Source: Tubiluchus corallicola
Lineage: Eukaryota > Animalia > Priapulida
Length of the DNA: 64,000 nucleotides
NCBI GenBank assembly: GCA_030141605.1
Contig: JAQGDQ010000138.1
Location: forward strand, 124,001 to 188,000
Direction: 5' to 3'
In this document: positions 27,376 to 39,791 of the stretch, piece after piece
How positions within the stretch are numbered: position 1 is the stretch's first letter
Layout of the letters: each line of letters opens with the position of its first letter
The notes under the pieces: model-generated
Told to the model about the DNA's origin: nothing
Database searches by the model: none
What the model saw: only the letters and a program-made list of their open reading frames with translations
Made by a program: the position numbers and the translations under genes

Positions 27376-28428
27376 CAGGGGTGTGCAAACTACGGCCTGC
27401 TGAGAGATCTTGAGCGACCTGCGAAGAGGTCTGTCATCCCAATGAAGGTGCGGCCTGGGCGATGAATGGAGTCGCAAGTATCACGAAGATATTTAAAGCT
27501 GAAGTCCGCGCCACGATCGCAAAGATAGTGTGGATAGATTTTTTCAACTAGATCTGATGGCATAAACCTTTACAAGACGGTTGTCACTTAATATCACTGT
27601 TGGACATGACGAAATTTAACGTTGCTCACGTGAAACACAAAAAAGCAATGTAATCACACAACACAGCAAACTACCATGGAAGCCACCATTGAAATGCTCA
27701 AATGTGCACGAAATGCAAGAAGTAATCTGATTGGCTGGTAGGAAGACCAACCAGCCAATCTCTAGGCTTCTATTATCAGGCTAGTTGTTCGGCCCCGTTG
27801 TCTTCTTGGTCATAGCAGGTAGATCATTTTGACTTGGTTATTTTACAAAATATATTATAAATAAAATTATGAAATAACCAAGTTAAAATGATCCACCTAC
27901 TCTGACAAGGATGACTGGGCAGATTAATTAATTTGTAAGTAACGAGCAAGCTGAAAAAGTGTGGTCACCCCTGATATAGCGGGATTCCAAGGTTTTAGTT
28001 TCTGCTTAGGCTCAGTAGTACACTCCTCGATCAGTGGCTGTTTTATCGTTTCACCAAGTGCAGTGTTCTTATAGATCAGAAACACGGAGAAGAAAAGAGG
28101 ACAATTGAAGAAGAACATCAAGTGTTTCAAGACAGATTAACACGCATTATACTGCATAGACTGTGTGATACACTGTACTAATATGCACTGTAATAAAATT
28201 ACCACTATCTGACATAAAAGTTGAAATCTATGGTTTTCGATGTAAAATTCAATAACTTCTAAAATAGTTTTCTTGAGTGTAGTAGTAATGATGTGCGAAG
28301 ATCAAATGCAAAAAAAATCATTATTAGGTCCTACTCTTCTTGGCTCCTTGATCAAACTGTACACGGCCCGCAGAAATTGCGAGAAAGTTTAATGTGGCCC
28401 GGCTAGTCAGATAATTTGCACACCCCTG
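27376..28428. mobile_element. hAT (Charlie/SPIN-like) non-autonomous DNA transposon, 1053 bp
   Basis: Perfect 14-bp TIRs CAGGGGTGTGCAAA / TTTGCACACCCCTG, a perfect 8-bp TSD CTCTAATG on both sides, and subterminal ggccc/ggcct motifs. Confidence 0.95.
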
Positions 28429-28437
28429 CTCTAATGA

Positions 28438-28556
28438 ACCTCATCAGGTGAATAGACTTGTGCTGCAAACATGACTTTCTTTCAGGTCACACTCAGGTTA
28501 GCAAAACAAGTCTATTTAGCTGATGAGGTAGGCTACAGCGAAAGCTCATGAAATAA
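28438..28556 (+). ncRNA. Degenerate minimal type I hammerhead ribozyme within a Penelope-like inverted terminal structure
   Basis: CTGATGA (28520-28526), a short helix II-like segment, then GAAA-GC-TC (28540-28547). A 24-bp inverted copy of the 5' part lies at 28438-28461. Helices I and II are imperfect. Confidence 0.55.
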
Positions 28557-29450
28557 ATAAATAATCTTGTGAGACTATAAAAGACATTCAACGTTTTATT
28601 CATGCTACTGATTGTGTCATACCAGGGAACCACTATTGAGCAACGTTATTATTTACAATATAATTGCGCATTTACTTTCTGTGCAAAAACTATGGAAATG
28701 TCTTATAGAAAACAATAAAACATACCCCATTATTGTAATTTATTTCTAGGTTGTTGGGCAGCAAAATTTAATTTTAAGACAAAACCTGGTTATGAAATTT
28801 CATTGATATACTTGTTACAAAGTATAATAATTGTAACATGCCAAGTGCACAAAAGGTCTAACATTTTTTCCTAAAACAATTTTAAATTATTGCAGTGACA
28901 ATAATCATTTTCACTACAGTTATTTTTATAAACCTGGAATTTATAGATGGTTGAAACACTTTGGTGACAATGCATAGCACTTAGTGTGAATGTTTCTTTA
29001 GTAGCAACTAGATTCTTCTATTTAATTAGTTTTTACCCGTGTATTCTAATTAAGTTGTTATTCTGTACACTGTACCTTACATAACATGGTTCTAAAGTAA
29101 ACACTTTTTGTTATAATGTTACCGCTAGAGAAAAGCAGTGTATGCAAGCTTAGGTATGCAGTATGCACCTGCTGAGTACTAGGGCTTGAACAGCTTAAAA
29201 AATCACATTACAATGATTGTATATTAAATCGACAAAGCTGGTCAGAACAGCAACACGCACTACTAAAGCAAAATTTCAAACCCTACAACATACACGTGAC
29301 ACTCTTTAGGCTTTTAAGGAAGATGTCACTATAGTACTAATGTGAGTCTTATAATTATGCTCCATGTGTAAGTCACTGTGACTGTAGTTACGTGTGTAAA
29401 ACATGAATGGTAAACAGCTAAATTTTCACATGACTCTCGCGTATACATAC

Positions 29451-29502
29451 CTTCCCTAGCTTTTAAATACACCGTATTGGCCACTATATTTTCGAGCTCC
29501 AT
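29451..29502 (-). CDS. GRK5: GRK4/5/6-subfamily kinase, coding exon 1 (MELENIVANTVYLKARE)
   Basis: The reverse complement reads ATG GAG CTC GAA AAT ATA GTG GCC AAT ACG GTG TAT TTA AAA GCT AGG GAA G|gtatgt. This is the diagnostic GRK4/5/6 (Gprk2) N-terminal helix; 52 coding nt as in vertebrate GRK5. Orthology within GRK4/5/6 cannot be resolved. Confidence 0.97.
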
Positions 29503-29593
29503 CACAGGACAGTATTGTCAACTTATTTTTTTATTAAATCCATTGTTATTACCACAATGAAAATACTGAATTCCAGGGTGTGGTGGTAAACGC

Positions 29594-29650
29594 AATATGG
29601 CGACGCCAATGTATCGGAAACACTGATTGGTCAGAAACTTCGTGACGTCA
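29594..29650 (-). promoter_or_regulatory. Putative GRK proximal promoter: YY1-like motif, two CCAAT boxes and a perfect CRE
   Basis: aatatggcg (29594-29602), ccaat (29606-29610), attgg (29626-29630) and palindromic TGACGTCA (29643-29650) cluster 90-150 bp upstream of the ATG in a locally CpG-richer stretch. Confidence 0.55.
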
Positions 29651-29899
29651 TTGAGAAGCCGCTGCTGCAAAGGCTCCAACCACAATGTGGGCTTATAAAG
29701 CGTCGAAGTGGCTTCTCCCTTTGCAGTTTCACGAATAGCTTTACTCTCTTGAGGCGACATCTCTTTTTCATAATTACACTAAGTTCGGTAGCAGCTCCAA
29801 TGAATAATAGCTAAAGTAAATAGAGGATCAGGCGACTCACAGTGGCTATACTAATATTTCTATCACGCTCTTGTATATTCAATTCATGATGGAACAAGA

Positions 29900-30890
29900 A
29901 CAAAAAGAAAACTGTATCCTGTCACGATGTTGTTCATACACTTCTACATTGATCCCCATAATTTGTATAAATTTTATCACTTGTCTAATCCAAGCATTAA
30001 CTCTCACTAGTGTGCTCGTGTTTACTGAACATAGATCTTCTTTGTTCACTTGCATGATTTCCAAACTTATTTTTAGCTACTTCACATTTCAACAGATGTC
30101 CCGTCATATCACACTCTTTCACACACACACACAGTGGACACATCAAATCATTTTTACACTTATTTTTATGATTACACTTTAATTTTATCATGTTTAATTT
30201 CCATTCAGTAATTTCATCATTTTATGCAGTTTTTTCATCACACTCCATCACATAATTTGTTGCCTGTTCCCATTTTTCCCACTCTATGTTTCATAAAACT
30301 CAGTTTGTCATATCATCACACTTTTTCACATCTTCTACTTTTAGATACTTTCTAAATACTGCTTTTTTGTTTCTCTTTTCCATTGTGACTTCAATAAGCT
30401 TTGCGTTCTTTAAGCATTTATATCTAAATCATGCATATTTGAAATTTCTCTAATTTCTGTCCCCGAGCTTCTTGGAATGTTTTTGTCACATATGCCCAAC
30501 TGCACCTTTTAGCATCTCGTTTAATCTCAGATATCAACACACTTTGGTACAACATTAATTTTTTATAATGTATTATTTGTCTCAATGGCCATACTCCCCA
30601 AGTCATCACTAGGCCCCAATAACTCGTAGACATTTTCTGCTTCATCAGACATCTTAGGGCTTCTTTTTCCCAACTTTCTAAGGAGTCATAGTTTGTTTCT
30701 GTCAATTTACCCCATACTGTCATATTGAAAATTAAACTAGGAATCATCGCTCTCTTGTACAACAACTGTCTTATTTTTATATCTTCAGTTCCTACAGCAT
30801 ATCAGAACTACTCCAATTCATAACCTCATATATCATAATTATATTCTTACTTCTTTTCTCAACCGACATGTTATCACTTCCTCTTTCGGA
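29900..30890 (-). mobile_element. Degenerate LINE 3' fragment (post-RT region and C-terminal zinc knuckle)
   Basis: ORF 30424-30765 (YKRAMIPSLIFNMTVW...ALRCLM...WPL) resembles the LINE post-RT region. ORF 29997-30191 contains CPLC...HLLKC, a CCHC-like motif. Confidence 0.65.
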
Positions 30891-33046
30891 TCGCAAACAC
30901 GGTCATTCCAAAATTAATAAAAAGATGCCATAACCATGATAATTATCAAACTGTAGTTTTTCTGCATGCGTGCAATTCTTCGCCTTTTAGTTTATGTTAA
31001 TCTTTCTGACATGACTTTATGTTTACTCTCTCAGTAACTACGTGAAAAGGCCTGCAAGCTAGGTTTTTGTTGTTTAAACTTAATTAGGCCTACCATGATA
31101 AGCACCTAACCGACATGCATGCAATGCTAGTTATCTCGGATGTTTATTTCGAAATTATGCAGGTACTACATCATCTCCCGAATATCAAACCTCAAACTAA
31201 ATGTTCTTTTTTCTAAATTCTGAGGTACATGTTTATAATCTCACTGTATGTGGCCTGTGCACAGAGAAACTATTATTGAACTGCGCTGTGTTTTTTTAGC
31301 TGCAACACATTAATTTTACATTAATAATTTATTAATTTCGTATACTCTTTCAGAGCTATATATGTGTAACCTGTAGCCAAAAATTTTCGTTTACTGTGCG
31401 CTCGCGAGAAAATGACAACAGAGAAGTTGTCGTTGTTTCCAATCTGCACAATTTTGTAACAAAACGTGATCTACCCGGCAAAATTAAAATGTAATGTTTT
31501 TCCTATTCTACCAACAGAGTGCGGGCCATTGTTGGAAGCAAACTTCGAGTAGAGGGGCAAGTTAAAGTAGAGCTACTAGTTTACTAGTGTATTATAACGA
31601 CCTCGCCCGGACTGCAGAAGTGACGGTAAAGGTTTTTTATAATTGCGTAAAGGGCTGAACTTCAATTATTGCTATTTGTCGACGTATTTCTGTCAACAAG
31701 AGTTAGCATAATAGGAACCACATAACATTTTATACCTGCTTTTCTAGAAGATTTTTAGAAGTAAAACCGTTTCCTAGGGAATGCCACTCAAAGCACTTGA
31801 AACTAATAAGTCGGTATAATTCATATTATAAAACATAAATATGAAGGATAGATTTTGTAGCAGATATAGCACAACAGTGCATTCCACTGTTGACACTCAC
31901 AGGCTTAAAAAGAGGTGCGCCCAGTAACCCTAACTCTAAAAACTAAAAAGAACCCCGAGTATGGCTTCAGAGATCATAGGCTCATATCTACAGTTTGTTG
32001 AGGTACATCTGTCAGCAACGACCAGCACAACAGAAGCCACACGATATCAACCGTCCTTCTTTTTATGGATTATGCATAGGTTCACTTGATATCTGGTGCA
32101 AACAGGGAGAAATAAACGATTATCCTACTATTTGGTTATTTTTGCCATAGGAGCTTGGTAATTTGAAAAGGTTGAGGCTTATTCGCTAGTATGGCACAGA
32201 ATTTTGTCAAACGCATCAAATTGCCAAATTCAAAAATCACAATTATTTACATCTGTTATTGATAAAACGAAACTAAGCCAATCGTTATGCTCATAGTAAA
32301 CCAAACTAAGAACAAGTTCGGATATTATAATATCGTTTCTATTTTGTTTTCGTAATCCAGCTTTAACACTAATTGATTAATGGACTATCAGATCAGTAAA
32401 GGAACAGTGTAACTTCGAACCAGCACTGCAATTTTAAGTATTGGCTCTATGCAGTGTAATTTTATATTGGCTCTGTAATGAGTAGGGTCGGTGGTATGGA
32501 AACTGTTCTGTGGCGTGTCAGACCTGACTGTTCCCTGTATTTTTAGGTGAGAAACAAAAACATTATTAAAAGCTTTAGTTTTCCTAAGTAGAGTTTCCCG
32601 GCTGCAGGTGAGCAAAAAATACCCGTATAGGCCTACCCATATGTTTTTTTTATCTATGATTATAGACTTTGATGGATGTCGACGCAGCATAATGTGTTAT
32701 TTTTCAAAATTCCGAATTTATACGTGCAGCTCTTATTGTATTATAAAATTATTATAAAATCCGTCTTCTCATAAATCGTTGCCAATTTCTAATTTTTTCT
32801 TCGTTTTAATATACAGCTGTTTACAAAGATCCTATACATAGACGATAGGAACCTGTATGAGAAATTAAGTTGCCTCTGTGATCATGTCAGTAATATGTGT
32901 TAAAATGTTTGTCGCGTCTAAAAAGTTTTTTCCAGATATTCAAGAACTCGGGATCGATTCCCGTCAACACGGATTTGAAGTTCGTACGCATTTGAAATTG
33001 CGTGAGATTACTAATGAGTGACAACTGACGTCAAAAATCACTCTGC

Positions 33047-34520
33047 CTGTTCCTTATTTACATGAATGATATGCCGCTCGTCTTAAATTTCAATTTACGT
33101 CTTCTTGCAGACGACACTTGTCTCGGACATAACACGCCTTCAGCTACGAATGAATGAGGAACTTGAGAAATGATCAGTTTGGATGAAAGCCAACAAACTA
33201 TCTGTTAATTACTCAAAAACAGCCGCAAATCATTTTCAAAGGCGATTATACCATTTACTTTAAAAATGGATAACAACGAACGCACACAGGCTACATCAAT
33301 TAAATATCTTGGGCTTCTTATAGACAATAATATGAAATGGCAAATAAATATACAGACAATAACATTAAAAATTAACAAGATAATTGGTATATTCTTTAAA
33401 ATAAGACATTTTATAAACACGAAAGCATTGTTATCAAATTACTATGCACTAGTATACCCATATTTACATTACAGTATCCTATCACGTGGAAAAGCAAAGA
33501 TCACTTACTCTTCACCCACTAACTACTGCACAAAATAAAATTGTGAATGCTTTACTTTTTCTTCGTATAGAGATAGAGCAACGTCTTCTTACATACACTT
33601 AAAACTACTGAAGCTCATATACAATTTAGAACTGCTAAAATTTATGTTTAACCATAAAAACGGTACTTTAGCAACACAATATAAAAATTACTTTCAAAAA
33701 GTTAGAGATGTCCATTCCTATGGAACTAGAGCAGCAACAGGTGGTCTCTATTGCCAATCACGATTTAAAACATCTTTTGGCCTTAATACACTCCAACACA
33801 ATGGGGCAAAACTCTCGAATAATGTAGATAGTTCAACAACTTCTTGTAGATTTTTATTGCAAATAAGTAAATTGTAAAAACTGTTTAATTGAAAAGTACT
33901 CACATTGAAAAGTGACATTTACAAAATAGTGCAAAGGAAAACTGTTTAAGGAAATAACTTGGTAGCTAAATATTGAACTTACTGAAAATTAGGAAATTTG
34001 CCCTTTATTGCTACATTAAAACTGGAAGAATATAAAGAATATTTTAATTGCTTATTAATATGTGTTTTTATCGCGAGTTTTCTTTTTATTGTGCAGAATA
34101 TGAACACGTCCTTCAAAAAATTTAAGGTATGAAGCGAAGTAAACGAACTTTCTGTTTTAGGAATATGTGGAAGGAAGGCTTCTAGGTTGTGTAAGTACTC
34201 AACAAAATTATTGTAAATTAGTGCATGAGAATGCCACATGCTTGCCTCGCTTTATTATTTTGCTACAACGCTGTGTTAGTCATGTTATAGTCATGTTAAA
34301 TGTTTGTTAGCCATTTAGGTTTTTATATGTAGCTTTGATATAAGCTGTTTTCTTGTTTGCCTTGCTGTGAGCTGATATTTTTATTTTTTTGTGTACCTTT
34401 ACGCTTTGATGTTTTTTTTTTATTTCCTATTTCATTTCCGCCTATCAAAAAATTCTGTCATTAAAAAAAGCAGCGGAGTTAATGACCAATTGGTCGTTCG
34501 CTACTCCTACTCAATTATTA
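33047..34520 (+). mobile_element. 5'-truncated CR1/L2-type LINE (RT C-terminal half and 3' UTR)
   Basis: LFLIYMNDM...LLADDTC, WMKANKLSVNYSKT, IKYLGLLIDNNMKW, YYALVYPYLHY, HSYGTR; frameshifted. A terminal hairpin aatgacc-aatt-ggtcgtt lies near 34481-34498. Confidence 0.88.
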
Positions 34521-36229
34521 TTGAAATATTCTACTTCTATAACATTGTAATGTGAATCGAATGTTGAGGAAGTAAAATCGATTAAATTGAATTGCCTTTC
34601 ACATTTTATACCCCGTAAACGTGTCAGCGAGCGAATATCGAATTTCCAAGTACATACAAGTGCTCGGTTATTATCACTGACAGTCATGCACTTGTTTACA
34701 AACGTTTGATCTACATATGCAATGCAAAAAATTATATGGAAAAAGAAGGTGAATAATGTGTAATTAATCATCTTCTGAATTTTCTGGTCATTTATTGACA
34801 TCTTGGATGCAACCAAGAAGTACATGAATACTCTTTATCAAGTAACAGCTCAACTCTGACAACCAATGAGCATTGACTAAAAGGTTAATGACTAGTGATA
34901 AACCAGAAACACCTTTATTGTAGTGAAGCAGTATGTATATGTATCTGTAAAAATGAATGCACCCAAGCTCTGGCCGAACGAAGACTCAACTTAATGCATC
35001 TCATTTGGTAACTCTAATTCCCAAAGTTGCAGCCATTTTTATTATTTAAATTTACTGACAATTAATAAAATTAAAAGATAAAATCAAATACAAAAAAACA
35101 ATAGTGAAAATGCGGATGACAATGTTTACACACTAATAATACATAATAATTGTCCATTCCACGTGCACTCTATTATTCGTTACTGTTTTCCATTAAGTAC
35201 AGAAAAACAATCTTTAAATGAACAGGCACAACGCATTAATGTCAACTTCAGACGATCGCCTTTTAGATGAAAATACTAACTTATGATTAGTGTCATATTT
35301 CGTTCTAACACACGCTGTAAATGGGCAATGACAAAAAACATTCTCTTCGCTTTGAACATTTATATCATAAAGACACACTCCAATTCCTAGGTATACGAGC
35401 TCACCTGCCTTTTTCGTCTAATAAATCATGAAATGATAATTTTGCTCTAGCAGAAGCGAACCTTGCATATTCAGGAGCATCAATGCTTGATGGCAAGATT
35501 GAGGAGAGAGAGAAGTCTTAGCAATAGCAATTCTTTTAAATAGTAACGGTAACTTCCCTAGATTTCGTGCTGCTTATTTAAACTTTTACCGAAGTATTAG
35601 ACTGAACAAAATTACACTTATTAAATAAGTCACACTAATACTTTATTGCGTGACACCAACAAATTGCCGTACGTAAACAAACAAAAAACAAAAAACGATT
35701 ATCATTAACCAGGTCATACATTAGGTTATACAAGCAGAATGCCGCCATTGGTATACTACCGAGAAAAAATAAAAATATGTTAGCCAAAAGATAAGTTTTC
35801 ATTGAGCTTTTAAATACTCATGGCATGTTGGAACGTACGTACTCTGTAGCTCTAATCAAATAGTATTATTTGTTTTTGATGCCCAGATTACACGAGTCAC
35901 GCTTCAATCCCTAATAAGCCTGAGTAGTGCAAATTTGCGTTTTTTACTTATTTTACAAAGCATCCAGGGTTAGATTATTTTGGCATATTGTGCAGTTGTA
36001 TGTTGTACAACAAGCGCTATCGTGCATAAAATCGCATGTTTTATTAATTTATTACTATTGTTTTTGTTGTTCTTGGTTGTTCTTGATTGTTCACGCGTTA
36101 GGCGCTGTTTACAGACTCCACGTGCGTATTCAGCGCAAAATTGAAAGTTTTTATCTTTTTATACAAAGCATTTGAAGAGAAAAAAGCAAATTAGGATCTC
36201 AGACTGGTTACAGAACATGTTAATAAATC

Positions 36230-36439
36230 ATGAGGAAAGTAAAAACTTCTTTTGTGTTTATTTTTGCTACGCTGTGTTTTCTGGATTACGGCGCTTTAGA
36301 AGAATTCAACCAAGAAAAAGAAGAAACCCTGTCTAACTTCAGTGGTAGCCAAAGGCTTCGCTTCAAGAGTGATGCCAGTGGAACAGATTGTTTCTGGCAA
36401 AATATGCTTGCTTCATCAAAGATCTCCATTTATTACAGG
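36230..36439 (+). CDS. TMED6: p24/TMED-family protein (TMED6-like), exon 1: signal peptide and start of the GOLD domain
   Basis: MRKVKTSFVFIFATLCFLDYGA signal-like segment; GTDCFWQ contains the first GOLD cysteine (compare TMED6 GTECFWQ). Donor AGG|gtaggt, phase 0. The paralog assignment is tentative. Confidence 0.88.
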
Positions 36440-36679
36440 GTAGGTCAACGTGAAAATACTGGCAAAACGGCCAAAAAGGCTTTAAAGCCTTTGACATGCT
36501 ATCATTCGGAGGCTAGGTTGGCGACTAGTCTCATAACATTGCTAGCATATTTCTTTGTGCAATGCCTTTTGCAATTTAATGACAGTCATTTTAAACTGTC
36601 ATTCAAAAAATCGACTAAGGTGCTTCGTTCTTGCAACAAATTAAGGGACAGCTCAATATAAACACAGAAATACTAATAT

Positions 36680-37150
36680 GCTAGACTATAGTCTTATCAC
36701 ATCTAACATATGGCTGCCATCTGCTTTCAAATATATCAAAAGCTTCTCTAGATAAATTAGAAATAGCCCAAAATTAAGACATATAAGCCTACCTACATGG
36801 GTACACAACAAGAGCGAAATATTCAGCTAGGTCAAATAGAGAAAAATTAAAAATACTCAAAGTCGATTCCAATTTTCAATACCACACACTAGTTTTTTAT
36901 TACAAATATTTAAATAATTTTATGCCTACTTTTAATGACAATCAGCTCACATTTTTGATTGAAAAAAGTTAAATAACAGAAGAAACAGCATAAAAACAAA
37001 TTAAGACAAAAGATGGGTACAATTCCGTTTGTAAAACAACAATAGATACGTTGTCCGCAAAAATGTAAAATCTACAGTGACGCTAAAGAGTTAAAAAAAC
37101 TAAAAAATACCGTTTTGACGCTTAAAAAGAAGTAAGGAAAAAATGTTATT
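36680..37150 (+). mobile_element. Highly degenerate CR1/L2-type LINE 3' fragment in TMED intron 1
   Basis: Remnants of the Y.HLTY.C..W / L.KL.I.QN and YK..NN.MP motifs typical of the LINE post-RT region. Confidence 0.45.
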
Positions 37151-37394
37151 ATTTTTTGTATTCTCATTATCAGTAGTATGTATTTTATACTAGTTTATAG
37201 CATACCCAAAATACACCGCTCCTCATAACTTCAATAAAATCTGTCACGTATACACAAAAAACAGCACATACATTACATAAAATTCTACTGTAAATTTTGT
37301 AAATGTATTGTTGAGCAGGGGTTTTGGGCGGCCCACTCTGCCCAACCTCAGCCTTTATGCCAAAGTATGGCATGATTACCAAACTAGTGCTACA

Positions 37395-38522
37395 TGTCAC
37401 TCTAAAAGTACCAGTAGTTCAAACCTAAGTCTTCTGAATTGTTCTTCTACAAATATTTCGCTTCTTATTGGCTAAATCTTCACACCTTTTGCTTTCAACC
37501 AATCAGGTTTCATTTTGGCTCTGTCTCTGATATGTACACTAGTTTTGGGTAGGTTATAAAGTGAGGGTAAAAACCTGCTGTTCTTTGGAGCTACAGTGGT
37601 AATCGGGTTGTGCAGAGTTGGTGCTTTTTGCTCTTGTGTTTCTTCCGACCAGGCTTAGAGTTCTCCTGCTACCCGCTATATGGGGAGTTAGGTATCAGTC
37701 TGTTTACTTTATTTCTTTATTCTGCTTTTCTTCAGTTTGTCTAAAATCTTGTCTCACTTAGTTTAGGCCTTGCAATATTTAAATCTTTTTCAAGTTAGCA
37801 AGCAACAATAGTCAGCATTATTTAATTCACCTGTGTTTAATTGTGGTCATGTCGAAAGCGTTATTAGGCCTCTCCGCCTCTGTACCTGCAAGCTCAAACC
37901 ACCCCGCGGGTGGCGAGGCGCCACCAGCAGTTCAGTATTTATGTATTGCATTTAACTGTATTTGTATGTGCGTTTGCATTTGATATGTATTGTAGTTAAT
38001 GTGTAATGTGCGCAGTTGGTTATATTCAATTTGAGTTTATGAAATGTATTATTGTAATTAGAATTTCACTTGTGTTTTATTTTAAATGTAACTTTATTTT
38101 ACTCTAACAACACTATTGCTAACAGTTTCTTATACTGATTGTAACATCATTTTTTGGAATGTACAGTTTACCATTCTTGATGTACAATTTTAATGCAATA
38201 AAGAATTTTATTATCATATTATATATAATAAACCGTGTTCCGTACCATTTTTACCCTGTACCGTGCCATTACCTTAACCTGTTTAGTACCATTTTTACAT
38301 TTCTCAGCGCTAAAATTTCCCTGCACCAAAAATTCCTAGTAGCAAAATTACCAGGATCAAATTTACTGCACCAAACTTACTGGTACTAAGCTTACTGCGC
38401 ACCGGTTTGGTTTTGATTCACTGGATGTCATTAGTAGGTAACAACTCTTGAGTTTGTTCTAACTCCGAAATATAGTCCCAACATGGCCCAACTCCACGGG
38501 AATATTTGAAATCTCGGTTACA
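37395..38522 (+). mobile_element. Probable solo LTR (about 1.1 kb) in TMED intron 1
   Basis: Begins TGTCAC and ends GTTACA. Contains ATTGG/CCAAT boxes (about 37467, 37499), TATAAA (about 37555) and AATAAA (about 38197, 38227) in LTR order. No TSD was recognised. Confidence 0.5.
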
Positions 38523-38591
38523 AGCACTCGTTAAAGCACGGTTGCTTCACTGTTTTGTTTATAGGCATTACACACTCGTTGTTAATTGCAG

Positions 38592-38709
38592 GTAATAAAA
38601 GGAGGTGATGTTAAGATCAATGCAAGAGTTCTCTCTCCGAGGAATGTGCTTATTGGGAAATTTGGTCCGCTATCAACCAATCAGCAAACGATCGATGTTC
38701 AAGAAACGG
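38592..38709 (+). CDS. TMED6: p24/TMED-family protein, exon 2 (VIKGGDVKINARVLSPRNVLIG...DVQET)
   Basis: Acceptor ttgcag and donor G|gtataa. The GOLD motif V..GG..I...V.SP is present; phase 0 in, phase 1 out. Confidence 0.9.
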
Positions 38710-39687
38710 GTATAACTGATATTGTAATAAGGAAGACCTGTTTAGCTTATTATGTTATCAACAATATTATCAACGTCCCCTTTTCAATAAAATTTCGATC
38801 AAAATCACATTTGTAAGATTGGTGTACAAAATGGCAGAATGAACTACCATAGAAAATTACATAATCTTGTGTATACCTTCATTTCATGCTAACTGAATTA
38901 TGGAAGGGCTAGTTTATACCTCTACACCTCTCTGCTCTTATACGCTAAGTTATGTGATATTAGTCGCAGAATCACATGTAAAAATAACATTGCTTGTGGC
39001 AACTTTTGAAAATATGATTTCTGGACTCAAAGTTTGACAAATTTTTCCATTTGACTATTGCAGTCGTAAATTCTTTCAGCTACAGTATCAAGCATAGAGT
39101 CAATTTTCGGGCATAAGAAAGTTAAAATGGGTTACCTGTGTTGCTTTGCATTAAAAATATGTTTTATAAGTAAAATCTTGTTTGCTAAAGAAGTAAAATT
39201 TCGAACAAAAACAGTTTTTACGTACGTTGCTTAATTCTTACAATAGGCTGTTTATAGATTAATTATGGTATGTCCATACTTTTGGTATTTTTTCAGTCAG
39301 AATATCACCTGCTTCTACTTTTAGCAGCTTAGAGGACTACATGTCCTATGTAGCTGTTCTGCTAATGACTAGACTAGAATGGGAAGCATTGGGAAACTCG
39401 CTTACTGATTTCGTGATTTTGCTATCTAGACCGCCTTTTACATTTGCTATGGAATACATTTTATCGTAAAAATATGTAATACTTACTAACTTTGTTGTGA
39501 CGTTGCAATATGAAAACTGGGTAAAAACTTATTATGTGAACAATGAAAACATGAACGAAACCTCAATTACGGTAAAATAAACGGTTTGATAGAGTTACTT
39601 CGCAAGCGAGTCCAAAAACACTGTAGCGTCTTTTACATTACTAAAAGATTACATAATATCATGCAGTATGAAATAAATAATTTTCAG

Positions 39688-39791
39688 GTGTGCATGGATT
39701 ATGTTTTGACAACATGAATCGATTTAACGCCAAGACTGTAGAATTTTACGTAAACTTAATTGACGACGGCAATAAGAATGAGGCACAGAAG
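39688..39791 (+). CDS. TMED6: p24/TMED-family protein, exon 3 (GVHGLCFDNMNRFNAKTVEFYV...)
   Basis: Acceptor ttttcag and donor AAG|gtaaac. Contains the second GOLD cysteine motif G...LCFDN...K.V.F. Confidence 0.92.

Noticed and set aside
29518-29760. 80-aa ORF just upstream of GRK exon 1
   Set aside because: It overlaps the promoter motifs, stops before the GRK ATG and shows no recognisable family.
36440-36661. C-terminal half of the 143-aa ORF at 36230
   Set aside because: This is intron read-through past the AGG|gtaggt donor.
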